A stretch of 64,000 bases of DNA from Naegleria gruberi (lineage: Eukaryota), in NCBI GenBank assembly GCA_000004985.1, contig GG738849.1; one strand, written 5' to 3'. Positions 25,189-35,526 of this stretch are shown one piece after another. The notes beneath the pieces are model-generated. The model searched no databases and was not told the DNA's origin. It worked only from the letters and a program-made list of their open reading frames with translations. Every line of letters begins with the position of its first letter. Within the stretch, counting starts at the first letter, position 1. The position numbers were made by a program, and so were the translations under genes.

Positions 25189-25251
25189 TAAAGGATTGAG
25201 TGTTCTTTCAATGCTTTGTAAACAATAATTGCCAAATTTAAACAAAAAAAA

Positions 25252-26482
25252 ATGTCTTCAAGCACCGAACCAACAACATCTTCATCAAACTCGGAACAAT
25301 CACTGTATGCAAATTCTGTTAATGATGACAATAATGCATATAAAAGAGTGGAAAAAAGCTATAGAAAACACTTTGTTCCAAACAAGCATGGGAAAATGGT
25401 TGGTAGGTTTATTTGGAATAGTTTCGGTTGTAACACAAATAGAGGCCGATTATCCAGACACAACTAATGTGATTGATTTTCATAATTTGGAAAATAATAC
25501 CCCTGAAAATTTACAAGTTTTGGAACAAGTACAACTTCCTAGTACTGAAATGGATATGAAACATTTTGAAACGGCTTTGGAAAAGTATAATAATTATTTT
25601 GCTAATGATGAACATTTAAAGTCAACCATGTCATTTACAAAGGAAGAACTTTTAAGCAAAAAGATTTATACCTTTAAAGGATATCCTGGTTTTTATGTTA
25701 TTAAAGATTTAATGACACCAGAAAAACAAATCTATTGGATAAAGCAAGCACTAGAAACCTATCCAAATCCACCAAATATTACCAATCACACAATGAAAAA
25801 CGGAGAAATCTTGGATATTTTCAAGAGAAGTGTTGAAGGGGATGAATCTGCAAAGAACTATCTTAAAAAATTGGCTTGGTGCACTCTTGGATATCAATAT
25901 GAGGTGAGTTTTTGGATGATTTTCAAAAATTTACAAGTTGGATTTGTTAAAACAATTTAGTGGACTACAAGAAAATATCACAAGGATAAATTTGTTCAAT
26001 TCCCACATGATATTGGAAATTTCTGTGACCTCATTGCTTGCCAATGTAATTATGGCCCATACAAGCCAGAGGCAGCCATTGTCAATTTCTACTCAAAGGA
26101 CAGACTTATGGGAGGTCATGTTGATGATGCTGAATATGAAATGACCAAACCAATCATCAGTTTGAGTATTGGATCAAAATCAATTTTTTTGCTTGGAGGT
26201 GAAACAAGAGATACTGAACCAAAGGCTATTTTCTTGGAATCTGGTGATTGTATGATTATGGGAGGAAGAGCAAGATATTGCTTCCATGGTATTGCTAGAA
26301 TTCTCAAAGATACTATTCCAGAATATCTTCAAACTAAGTTCGTCGATCCAAAATATAAAATCTATGCTGAATATATGGAAAGAGACATGATGAGAATTAA
26401 TATTAATGCAAGACAAGTTTTTGTCGATGAAGAACAGAAGCAAGATTTTGATACTAATGGTCCTGTAACATCATCTCAATAA
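25252..26482 (+). CDS. AlkB-family Fe(II)/2-oxoglutarate dioxygenase (ALKBH1-like). Three exons: ~25252..25402, ~25443..25903 and 25961..26482.
   Basis: 'SYRKHFVPNKHG', 'VIDF', 'KGYPGFYVIKDLMTPEKQIYWIKQALETYPNPPN', 'LAWCTLGYQYE|WTTRKY' and 'GPYKPEAAIVNFYSKDRLMGGHVDDAEYEMTKPIISLSIGSKSIFLLGG...GDCMIMGGRARYCFHGI' parallel human ALKBH1, including the HxD...H iron ligands. A GTGAGT...ATTTAG intron lies at 25904..25960. The first intron (about 25403..25442, GTAGGT...AAATAG) is less certain. Confidence 0.75.
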
Positions 26483-26561
26483 ATTTTTCAAAGTTTGTTT
26501 TTTGCCGCCAATTTTTAATAAGCGCCAAAACCAACCGTATTACATTTTAGAATCAAAAAAA

Positions 26562-28316
26562 ATGTATTCCGTTCATCGTCACAGAAAGATGCTTGATGAT
26601 GCTCGAAATAAGGAGGAGCAGAGCAAGGTTATCATGAGAAATCCATCACCCAAGAAATCATTGTTTTCTCCTCCTCCTATTTATGCCCAAGATAAGTTTA
26701 AGGAACCTCCAACAAGTTTGAGGAATCAGCTTCCCGAGGAAACACCAAGAAATTACATTTTGGAAGATTTTAAAAAATCGTTCAAAGTACCTCCGAGGAC
26801 ACCACTTGCTGACACTCAGCACTTTATCCTCAACAAGTATAAAAACATTCATAGATCTAAATTTTCGGAAAATCATGACACTTTAACCAATGATATGCTC
26901 AATGCTGCAGAAACTGTAAGCAGGGTTTTGGAACAGTGTGATCCCGATGATGAAAAATATAATATTAGAATACTTTTGGAGGAATTGAATAGACTTGATA
27001 TTCAACAAAAGAAAAGGAAAAGTCTTGTTCCAATGAATCCAATATCCTACACTAAAAAGGAAAATAAGAAAAACATGGAATCAACAACACGAGAAAATCT
27101 AGAGTATTCTTCATATTCTCCTGCAAATAGGAATTTGGAATCTTTTAGTAGCTTTTCAATGAAAAGACCAGGCTCTGCCCCGAGTTGTAGACAACATTCA
27201 GTAGCCAGTGTACCAGTATCAGTTTCGAGAACATTGATAAGTAATAACTCTCAATACTTGTCATCTGTAATGCCTTCGAAATGTGTAAATAATTTTGTGG
27301 CAAATAGGCCAAGCTCAGCATCAAGACCGAGTTCTGCCAAACGTCCATCTAGTGTAGCCCATGTAAGGTACCTTACTGAAGGAAGAGTACCCCCAACTGA
27401 CATTTGGGATTGTGAAGAAGAGAAAAATGCAAAAGAACAACAATTGAACGAAATGTTGTACGATCTAGTTTGTGAGTATCACTATCTTAAAGAGAAGGGA
27501 AAGGAAGAAACTGAGAAGGAAAAGAAAGAATACCAAGAAATGAAAATTAACTTTCAACGAATTTATCCACTCATTAAGAAACATTTCCAAACCTATTTTG
27601 CATCGAGGAAGGAAATTAAGTGGAACGATCAAAAAGTAATACAACTTAACAAGGATATTGAAGATATAGCTCTTGAGGAGCAAATTAGAGATAGAGTTGA
27701 ACAAGAACATATGGATTTTCTAACTAAAAAGCTCAAAGTCAACCAGATTAGAAAATCCTTCAAAGCTCAAAGACAGCACAACTTTTTAAAGAGAGTAGTT
27801 GTTAATGATCCTAGAGCCTTGTCTCAACTGCAGAGATTGTGTACAGATGAGAGTCTTGATGAAGCTTTGAATGAGGAGGTAGAAGACTGGGAAAACGCAG
27901 ACTATTACGATATGAATGATTATGGGAGACCTTCATTTGAGATACCCAAAATTGATCTTACAAAAACAAAGAAAAAGTCTGTCGATCTTACCTCAGTTGG
28001 TGGGCAGACTGCAAGGGTTGGTACCCCGACTATTACGACCAATGACAGAAATGCTCATCTGAAATACATGAGACTAATGACACCAGAAGCAACTCAAACT
28101 TTGAGAAATAGTGCAACTCCTGATGCTTCTACCTATAGACCATCATCCAGACCTCTCAGTTTAAAACGTCCATCATCTAGCCAAAAGCAAAGAACCCCTC
28201 CTGGATTTGAGGAATTGGACAAACGAACTGAGATTTCAATGAAAAATCCGTTGAACGAAATTCATGATTTTGAAAAGAGAATGGTAGAGGCAAAAAAGAA
28301 GAATTCCAAGTGGTGA
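26562..28316 (+). CDS. Hypothetical S/P/K-rich protein with coiled-coil segments.
   Basis: Long ORF with coding-like composition and no recognisable catalytic motifs; repeated 'RPSSA/KRPSS' phospho-site-like motifs. Confidence 0.35.
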   Translation: MYSVHRHRKMLDDARNKEEQSKVIMRNPSPKKSLFSPPPIYAQDKFKEPPTSLRNQLPEETPRNYILEDFKKSFKVPPRTPLADTQHFILNKYKNIHRSKFSENHDTLTNDMLNAAETVSRVLEQCDPDDEKYNIRILLEELNRLDIQQKKRKSLVPMNPISYTKKENKKNMESTTRENLEYSSYSPANRNLESFSSFSMKRPGSAPSCRQHSVASVPVSVSRTLISNNSQYLSSVMPSKCVNNFVANRPSSASRPSSAKRPSSVAHVRYLTEGRVPPTDIWDCEEEKNAKEQQLNEMLYDLVCEYHYLKEKGKEETEKEKKEYQEMKINFQRIYPLIKKHFQTYFASRKEIKWNDQKVIQLNKDIEDIALEEQIRDRVEQEHMDFLTKKLKVNQIRKSFKAQRQHNFLKRVVVNDPRALSQLQRLCTDESLDEALNEEVEDWENADYYDMNDYGRPSFEIPKIDLTKTKKKSVDLTSVGGQTARVGTPTITTNDRNAHLKYMRLMTPEATQTLRNSATPDASTYRPSSRPLSLKRPSSSQKQRTPPGFEELDKRTEISMKNPLNEIHDFEKRMVEAKKKNSKW

Positions 28317-29009
28317 ATAAGTTGTTAGGAATGAATTATGATGTGGAAATATTTGGAAATGATGGAACAGGTTCTGAAAGTGAATTAACTCTACCAGAGG
28401 AGTTTTTTAATAATAATTGAAGATCCAACAATATTTATTTAGTCAGTAAAGATGTTCAGGTTATGTTCATCCATTGCAACTAAAAACATTAGTGATTGTC
28501 ATGATATTTCAAAAAATCTTATTACTCGAGTTTTACAAAGATTTCTAGTTATTAAACAACACGTTTTAATTGCCAATTTTCAAAGATATTGAATTCCTTT
28601 TTAATACTAAACCAAACTTCCATTAGAAAATTGTGAAATACATTGATGCAAAACACTTAAGGAACTCTCCAAATGACAAGTCCTTTTATGTACCTTTTGT
28701 CGCTGAGGTCCAAATTAATAGTTTGTATCGGCTTCATAAAAATCGCTTTCTTGAAAAATCCAACAGAAAAAAAAATTGATCTACTTGCAACAGTACAACC
28801 ACCAACAACATAAACAACAACTACGGAAACAACAACCCGAGAGGACTTTGAAGATTTGAATTTTCATCATCACTTATTCCGTGTGTGTGCTTTTGTGTAG
28901 ATCGACATTTCTGCTTCATTTGCCACATTATTTGTATATAAGCCTTCATATATTTTCATCAATCCAGTAAATAATAATAATAATACAACAGAAATTGACC
29001 CAATTTAAA

Positions 29010-30614
29010 ATGCAAAAGGAATCATCAACAGCAATCTACTCTAATATTGGTGGAGCAATGAAGAGACCACTCAGTAAACAACAATTACAACCACTGCGCT
29101 ACCAAGAAGAACCTCTACTCTCCCTTCTTTCATTCTCCCATCAACAACATTCTGATCTTTTACCACCTCCCCAAATCAAGAGAGTTAAATCAAGCTCTCA
29201 CCTTACTCCATTTTACCTCTCCGAGACCTTTTCCTTTACCCCAGTTTTGACCACTCCGCCAACTCCAATCACTAACATCCCTACTAACCAAACCAATTGT
29301 CAGGTTATTAATGCACTTACCTCTCACCCAATTGAAATTAGTGAATTTCAAAAACCATTATCTCCACATCACCACCAATTTTGCCCACACCACCATGATT
29401 TTATTATGAATAATAAGATTATGGACATGTCATCCGAGCCAACCATAGAAACAATTCTTAGCAGAATCAGATATAACAAGGAATTGAAGAGGCTTGTCTT
29501 GAATTTTGAAGGATTACACGTTTGTAAGAGAGAACATATTAGAAACGTTCGTGATAGCATTGAAGGTGTGGTACTGGCCTACCACCCAAATGAACCAGTC
29601 AAGGTTCAATGTATTGTAAACTATGACAATTACGTTATTGATGATCATCTTATGGATGAATATACCGAATCAGTTGTAGTATATCTACAAAAATATTATG
29701 ATAGTATTGAGCGATTCACTACAAACAACTTCCTTCAAGAGCAGGTTAAAAAGTTAGAAACGGCACTCACAAGATATAGGAAATCTTCCATCATATCTCC
29801 AAAAGTTAATGTTGGAAAGAGAATTGTAGGCTCTAGATATGTAATTCAAGACTTGTTGGGTGTTGGCACTTATGGTAGAGTTAGCTTGGCACAAGATAGA
29901 GAGAGTGGAGATCTAGTAGCTATTAAGGAACTCTCCAAACACAAGGTTAACTCTATTGGAATTATGGACTGGGTCAGAAGAGAAATCCAAATACTGAAAA
30001 CCCTTGGAAAACATCCACTTATTTGTACTTTATTTGATGTAATAGAAACAGAAGAAACAATATTCCTCATTATGGAATATGTAGAAAATGGTGCAATTGA
30101 AACTCCCTATGACGAACATCAACAATTCCCAGAAGAGACCTGTAGAAAATATTTCAAACAAATGACAGATGCTCTTGATTATATCCACAATGTACATAAC
30201 GTTTGTCATAGAGATTTTCAATTGTCCAATGTATGTCTAGATAAGAATAGTAATGTCAAGGTGTGTGACTTTGGCGTTGCTGACTTTTTTACCATGAAAG
30301 AAAAGTCTCACCAACTTTTTGTTGGCAATAGCAATTATAGTTCACCGGAAATGTTAATGAAAAAGCCATACTACGGTCCTGAAATTGATGTCTACATGCT
30401 TGGTGTCTGTTTGTACAAAATGATGACTGGCTTTTTACCTTTCAGAAATGCACAAGCTAAATTGATGGGTTGCATGACTGTTCCTCTCGAAGAAGAGGAA
30501 GATATGAGTGATGACGCTAAAGATTTAATAAGAAAGTTATTGGAACCAGAGCCTGAAAAGAGAATCACTATTCGTCAAATTAAGCAACATCCATTTTATT
30601 TGCGTTCTGAATAA
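29010..30614 (+). CDS. Ser/Thr protein-kinase-like protein with an atypical catalytic loop ('HRDFQLSN').
   Basis: Gly loop 'LGVGTYGRV', 'LVAIKEL', 'HRDFQLSNVCLD', 'VCDFGVADF' and 'SPEML' are present. The catalytic-loop Lys is replaced by Gln. Confidence 0.65.
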   Translation: MQKESSTAIYSNIGGAMKRPLSKQQLQPLRYQEEPLLSLLSFSHQQHSDLLPPPQIKRVKSSSHLTPFYLSETFSFTPVLTTPPTPITNIPTNQTNCQVINALTSHPIEISEFQKPLSPHHHQFCPHHHDFIMNNKIMDMSSEPTIETILSRIRYNKELKRLVLNFEGLHVCKREHIRNVRDSIEGVVLAYHPNEPVKVQCIVNYDNYVIDDHLMDEYTESVVVYLQKYYDSIERFTTNNFLQEQVKKLETALTRYRKSSIISPKVNVGKRIVGSRYVIQDLLGVGTYGRVSLAQDRESGDLVAIKELSKHKVNSIGIMDWVRREIQILKTLGKHPLICTLFDVIETEETIFLIMEYVENGAIETPYDEHQQFPEETCRKYFKQMTDALDYIHNVHNVCHRDFQLSNVCLDKNSNVKVCDFGVADFFTMKEKSHQLFVGNSNYSSPEMLMKKPYYGPEIDVYMLGVCLYKMMTGFLPFRNAQAKLMGCMTVPLEEEEDMSDDAKDLIRKLLEPEPEKRITIRQIKQHPFYLRSE

Positions 30615-30695
30615 AAAAGTTCAAATCTTAAAATTTCTAAAGGAGTCTTTGCAAATTGGATTTACTTTAACAAGGTTCTTCTGAATCTGGTGAAA

Positions 30696-33600
30696 CTAAT
30701 TTTTTTTAATAGTTTTCTTGATAGTTGTAAGAGTGGAAAGTATGGAATCAAAACTTGGTCTAATTTCAGGTTCCGACCAGCACTTTTTCATCAACAATAC
30801 AAACAAGAAAATAACAGAGGAAAGTGCTTCTGGTTTGACACCTTCTTTTTCTGGGTTGTGATAAATACTTATCCATCTCTTACATTGATCTCTATTATTG
30901 AAAGGAATGAGTGGTCTAATTCCATGAATGATATATCTGGCTAGCTCTGTACCATTTCTATTGTTGAGTAATGAATAAATCTTCAAATCCTCTGATTGAT
31001 TGCTATCAGAATCGGTGAAATAGCTTGGATCTACACGTTTAGATATTGAGTATGGAACAGTTTCGAATAGAATTTCATACATGATAATTGCAAAACTGAA
31101 AACATCAATTTTTGCATCAATTGGAAGACCTTGCAATACTTCAGGGCTAGACCACAAGAGTGTACCAACATTGCCAACCAATTCATCAGATGTATTCTCC
31201 ATCGATGAAGTACTGAGACCAAAATCACAAACCTTACATTCACCATTCGATCCAATCAAGACATTACCTGGTTTCAAATCTCTGTGAATAATTGATGAGG
31301 AATGCAAATAGGCCATACCCTTACAAATATCCATCATGATTGAAACTTTTTGTTTGAATTTGAGCATAATCTTTCCCTTGACTGCATTGGAAATTAATCC
31401 ATCCAAGGAGCCACTTGGCATCCATTCAGTAACAAGGAATTTCTCTCTCTCGGTTACACTCACTCCAAAGAATGCTACTATATTAGGATGTCTGAGTTGA
31501 CTGAGCAAACTGGCCTCCTTTTCGAATGAGGTATCATCACTGCTGTATTTCACCTTCTTTATGGCAACCTCAACACCTCTCCATTCTCCTTTAAATACTA
31601 CACCTCCACCTCCTTCTGCAACTCTTGTCAGGAACTTTAAATCCTCCATATGAATAATATAACTAACATCCTTAAATGTGATTGCATCGGAATTAATAAA
31701 TTGAAAGTCCAACAATCTCTTTTGTAATTCAATTTCATTCTTTTCCTTTGTTTTCAACAATTCGAGGTTTCTTCTCAATTTCAAAACACCCTTTGCGATA
31801 CCAATAGTAACTCCAAAACCAATTAACAAGGATAAAATAGATGCTGAAATAACAATAATTGCAATGAAAAGGTGAGTATTGTCAACGTTGCAATATTCTC
31901 CCATATTGGTCCACAAGTGATCTATATCTGTAGGACAACTACAAACAGTTGAAACCTTCTTGGAGCTATCGAATAGACATGTTCCCTCTCCTCCACACAA
32001 AAATGGTACAGTTGCTGACAAGATGTTTTCTCCACATATTGGTGTTGAACATTGTTGAGAAAAACTCTCCTGAATACTTGTTGTAAATTCAAAAAATGCA
32101 ATGAAATACACATCACGATACAGTGATCTTCCAGGCGAGAAGGTATCTGTCATTCTCAACTCTTTTCCATCCAAAAAAGTAGTATTTGATGAAAATTTGT
32201 AAGAAATTAACATTATCAATCTATTGGATGAGTATGGCATGAGTTCAATAAAAACTCTATTAGATAACAAAGTGCTGCGTAAATGTGAATTTTTCTCTTC
32301 CATTCTGTCAATATCAATCATATAAATCATGGCTTTTGGTCTATCCAAATAGTACAAATGGCCATCATCTGAGAATTCTGCTGCATTTCCTATTTGGTAA
32401 GTGTGTCTGGTTACATTAATATTCAAAAGTCGTTTCTCCTTCAAATCAAATGAAAAGATCATACTACCAGGTCCAGGATCCAATGATACATTTCCAATAG
32501 TGCCACTATAAAAACCATATCCATAGAGTTTTCCATTGTAAACTCTTGCTCTATTGATACCCATTCTCGGTGGGCTTTCCGATAATGTATCATAGAATCG
32601 TGTACTATTTAAATTGATAATTGATGAGAAATTTACAGAAATAATCCCAATTCTCGAAAGAGAAGAGCTAGCATAGTCTAACTTGAACACGTAAAATGCA
32701 GCCATAATTCCACTCTGGATCTCATCATAGGAAATTCCATTAATTTTCAAATTGGCTCTACTACCAAATGCTGAAAACATTAAATAATTATCAATAACAC
32801 GTAGGTAATCAAAATATGGACAAGCTTCATAAACACATTCCAAATTCAAATCAAATAAATGATTAACAGTAAAACTAGGTTCATTATACTCATATTGGAA
32901 TACTGTAACAATAGGAGCATATTTAACTTGAGAATAGACTGGATTAGTTGTAAGATTCATTCTAGTTTCATATGTTGATCTTTCTCTGTGAATAATCAAG
33001 TAATTTTCATAGAGAGTAATTATATTCTTATACGTTTGTTTTCTACTCAATCTATAATCCAAGGATGATGATATAAAGGTATCATTGCCAATTTTAATTG
33101 ACATGAATACCAACTGTTTATACTCTATAGTTTCCCTAGGAAATGAAAAAAATATGACATTATCTTTCTGTATGAAACTTGGATCTCCCAATAATTCATT
33201 TGTAATATTTGTCTTGGCATGCCATGTTATACGTCCAGTGGAAATATCAAAAGTACCAACTACAAGTGTAGATGCCAAATTTGATGTCTTGGCAGCATCT
33301 AGAATACTCTCACATCCAATCTTTAAGTGATTCATTCTACTCATAAATGTTAAAAACACAATTTCATTACTATTCAATTTGTTAACTTGAAAAAGTATGG
33401 GTTGATCATTTCTCAAATAATATCTAAATGATCCCATTGCCGAAAGTTTATATTCATTATCATAAGCAGCCTGTTGATGATCACTATTTAATAAATTAGT
33501 TAATTCCACTTTTAATTTTGCTTTCAAATTATCCTCATGATGATGATGTAAATGATTGTTGATAGAATTAATATTGGCCGATAATGTACAATTTACAATA

Positions 33601-33800
33601 CCAAAACTTTCAAAAGTTAAAAGAATAAGTATGGTTGTGATGAAAATTATTAATAAATTAATTATCCTTCTTTTATGTTGATGTGTTGATGATAATAGAT
33701 TTAATATATTATTATTATTAATATTATTATTACTATTATTAATATTACTATTATTACTCCATGAATGTAGTAGTAATTGTTGCTGTTGTAGATTGGACAT
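30696..33800 (-). CDS. Receptor-like tyrosine-kinase-like (TKL) protein kinase. It has an N-terminal poly-N segment with a signal/anchor helix, an ectodomain of about 650 aa with an EGF-like Cys cluster, a TM helix and a cytoplasmic kinase domain.
   Basis: Hydrophobic helices 'IINLLIIFITTILILLTFESFGI' and 'LFIAIIVISASILSLLIGFGVTIGIA'; Cys cluster 'CSTPICGENILSATVPFLCGGEGTCLFDSSKKVSTVCSCP'; kinase motifs 'GGGGVVFKGEWRGVEVAIKKV', 'HRDLKPGNVLI', 'VCDFGLS', 'SPEVL'. Confidence 0.75.
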   Translation of the reverse strand: MSNLQQQQLLLHSWSNNSNINNSNNNINNNNILNLLSSTHQHKRRIINLLIIFITTILILLTFESFGIVNCTLSANINSINNHLHHHHEDNLKAKLKVELTNLLNSDHQQAAYDNEYKLSAMGSFRYYLRNDQPILFQVNKLNSNEIVFLTFMSRMNHLKIGCESILDAAKTSNLASTLVVGTFDISTGRITWHAKTNITNELLGDPSFIQKDNVIFFSFPRETIEYKQLVFMSIKIGNDTFISSSLDYRLSRKQTYKNIITLYENYLIIHRERSTYETRMNLTTNPVYSQVKYAPIVTVFQYEYNEPSFTVNHLFDLNLECVYEACPYFDYLRVIDNYLMFSAFGSRANLKINGISYDEIQSGIMAAFYVFKLDYASSSLSRIGIISVNFSSIINLNSTRFYDTLSESPPRMGINRARVYNGKLYGYGFYSGTIGNVSLDPGPGSMIFSFDLKEKRLLNINVTRHTYQIGNAAEFSDDGHLYYLDRPKAMIYMIDIDRMEEKNSHLRSTLLSNRVFIELMPYSSNRLIMLISYKFSSNTTFLDGKELRMTDTFSPGRSLYRDVYFIAFFEFTTSIQESFSQQCSTPICGENILSATVPFLCGGEGTCLFDSSKKVSTVCSCPTDIDHLWTNMGEYCNVDNTHLFIAIIVISASILSLLIGFGVTIGIAKGVLKLRRNLELLKTKEKNEIELQKRLLDFQFINSDAITFKDVSYIIHMEDLKFLTRVAEGGGGVVFKGEWRGVEVAIKKVKYSSDDTSFEKEASLLSQLRHPNIVAFFGVSVTEREKFLVTEWMPSGSLDGLISNAVKGKIMLKFKQKVSIMMDICKGMAYLHSSSIIHRDLKPGNVLIGSNGECKVCDFGLSTSSMENTSDELVGNVGTLLWSSPEVLQGLPIDAKIDVFSFAIIMYEILFETVPYSISKRVDPSYFTDSDSNQSEDLKIYSLLNNRNGTELARYIIHGIRPLIPFNNRDQCKRWISIYHNPEKEGVKPEALSSVIFLFVLLMKKCWSEPEIRPSFDSILSTLTTIKKTIKKN
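33655..33790 (-). repeat. (AAT/ATT)n-rich microsatellite-like tract encoding the poly-Asn N-terminus of the receptor kinase.
   Basis: 'attattattaatattattattactattattaatattactattattactcc' reads on the minus strand as 'NNSNINNSNNNINNNNILN'. Confidence 0.7.
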
Positions 33801-34084
33801 TTTCCTCGAATTTTAAATTCCAATCAAGTTAAAAATTATTATAGTAATCGGAGTGATAATGTTTAGATTCAATTTTTTACAGGTTGAATTGAAACTTTGA
33901 TAAAAGTATTGAGACAAGGTGGTATTAGATAACAAAATATACTTTATTGAAAAAGAAATCAAGTTAGCAAAAAGTTTGTGAGCCTGTTAGAAAATTAAAT
34001 CAGCTTGAATCGAATATATAGTTTGGATTGAAATACTCATTTTCTTTACTGTACACTTGTGTAAAATTTGGAATGTAGACGAGG

Positions 34085-35526
34085 TTACTTCGTCGTATGC
34101 TTAATGACCACCCAAATTACTGCTAATACTAAAACAAAAAGGGAAATTAATTTTAAAAGATCTGCATTTTTGGTTCCACTTACTTCATTCTTTGATGAAC
34201 GATTTTCAACAGTTGACTTGGGGTTTGTTCTGTCAAATTTTGAGTTTTTAGAATCTTCTTGCTTGGAGTTGCAGGATGAAGGTTTTTCTTGACTTGTCAA
34301 AATTTCATCTTCTGAAGTTGGTGAATCTATTTGATTGTATGGAGTTTGAGATTGTAATCTATTACGTGAACTGTTCAAATGGAAACCTCTTCCAATAACG
34401 AAACCACCACTCACACGACCAATTGAATGACCAGCACTGTATAAGGATTTTTGTTTGTTTTCAGGATTGTTTGCTGCAGTGGATGTAGACATACTCTTTG
34501 CTTGTTCATCCTTGATAATTTCAGATTCAACTTGCTCCAATGAGAGAGGAGGTAATAAATCTGAGGCAGTAACCATATGGGCAGGATTTGAAAGTGGAGA
34601 CAGCAACTTTGGCAAGGAAGGAGAGAATGAAGGAGAATTCAATGAAGGAGATGAAGGTGGAGAGAATGAAGTAAATCTGACTTGAGTTTTAAGTGCTTTG
34701 AGGACTGACTTTTTGATATTTTCCTTCTCGTTATACTTTTTAACACCTCTGTTGGCTTGATATTCAATTGTTGTTGTCTTGTCAATTTCTACACTCTGCA
34801 AAATCTTTCTAATTTTTCTCATTACAAATTGAATATGCTTTCTGTCAAGCATGCATCCGTTCCAAATTTGAATTGCATCATAAGGTCTTTCTACTACTCA
34901 ATACAATACCACTCACTTCATACTTGTCAGTAAAATGTTTTTCTCCTATAATTGCCAATACAATTTCATTCCATGTTTCCTTTCTCGTCTCCTTGTGATG
35001 TGTTTGAATTACCCAACGACCACCTTCAATATTCTAAAGTTTCATATTAAAAAATTGGCGAAATAATTGATATTAGAATATTGGAAAAGGATGATTGTTT
35101 TCAACTTACCCTTGGATCTTCGTAGAGTGGTTTTATGTGTGATTTGAACAATCTAATATTGAGATAGGAAGGCATCTTGTTGTATGATAGATTGATATTA
35201 TTCCAATATCTCCAAAACTCTTCAATAGTATCAAATGCTCCAACTTGTTTGATAGATTGTTCATAATCTTCAGGTGAGGCTCCTTGTTTGAAACCTTGAT
35301 CATAGTAAATAGTCCACTTATTTCTGAGAAGATGTGTTGAACTCAATGGAGATTGATCTCCTAAATTATCATCAACGAGATCCTCTTCATCTGTATCTTG
35401 TGCTTCATCATCACTATAAAGTAATGATGGTGAAGAGGAAGGCTGAAGTACATCAGGAGTGGTTATTCTTTGGAAGTGTTCATCAGAATACAATTGTGAA
35501 TCATCTTCCTCGTCATGTTCTAACAT
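34085..35526 (-). CDS. eIF4E-family cap-binding protein with a long Ser/Pro-rich C-terminal extension ending in a hydrophobic tail. It has a 76-nt intron at 35034..35109 and an apparent +1 frameshift near 34881-34883. It may be a pseudogene.
   Basis: 'RNKWTIYY...FDTIEEFWRYWNNI...LRLFKSHIKPLYEDPR|NIEGGRWVIQ...WNEIVLAIIGEKHFTDKYEVSGIVLSSRK' then, in frame +1, 'YDAIQIWNGCMLDRKHIQFVMRKIRKIL...IEYQANR'. This tracks human eIF4E ('QNRWALWFF...FDTVEDFWALYNHI...YSLFKDGIEPMWEDEKN...GGRWLITL...GESFDDYSDDVCGAVVNVRAKGDKIAIW...IGYQSHAD'). One extra T disrupts continuity. The C-terminus ends in 'LLKLISLFVLVLAVIWVVIKHTTK'. Confidence 0.6.

Noticed and set aside
25229-26144. Separate small ORFs at 25229..25960, 25252..25467 and 25938..26144
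   Set aside because: They are exon fragments of the single AlkB-like gene once the two short introns are removed; they are not independent genes.
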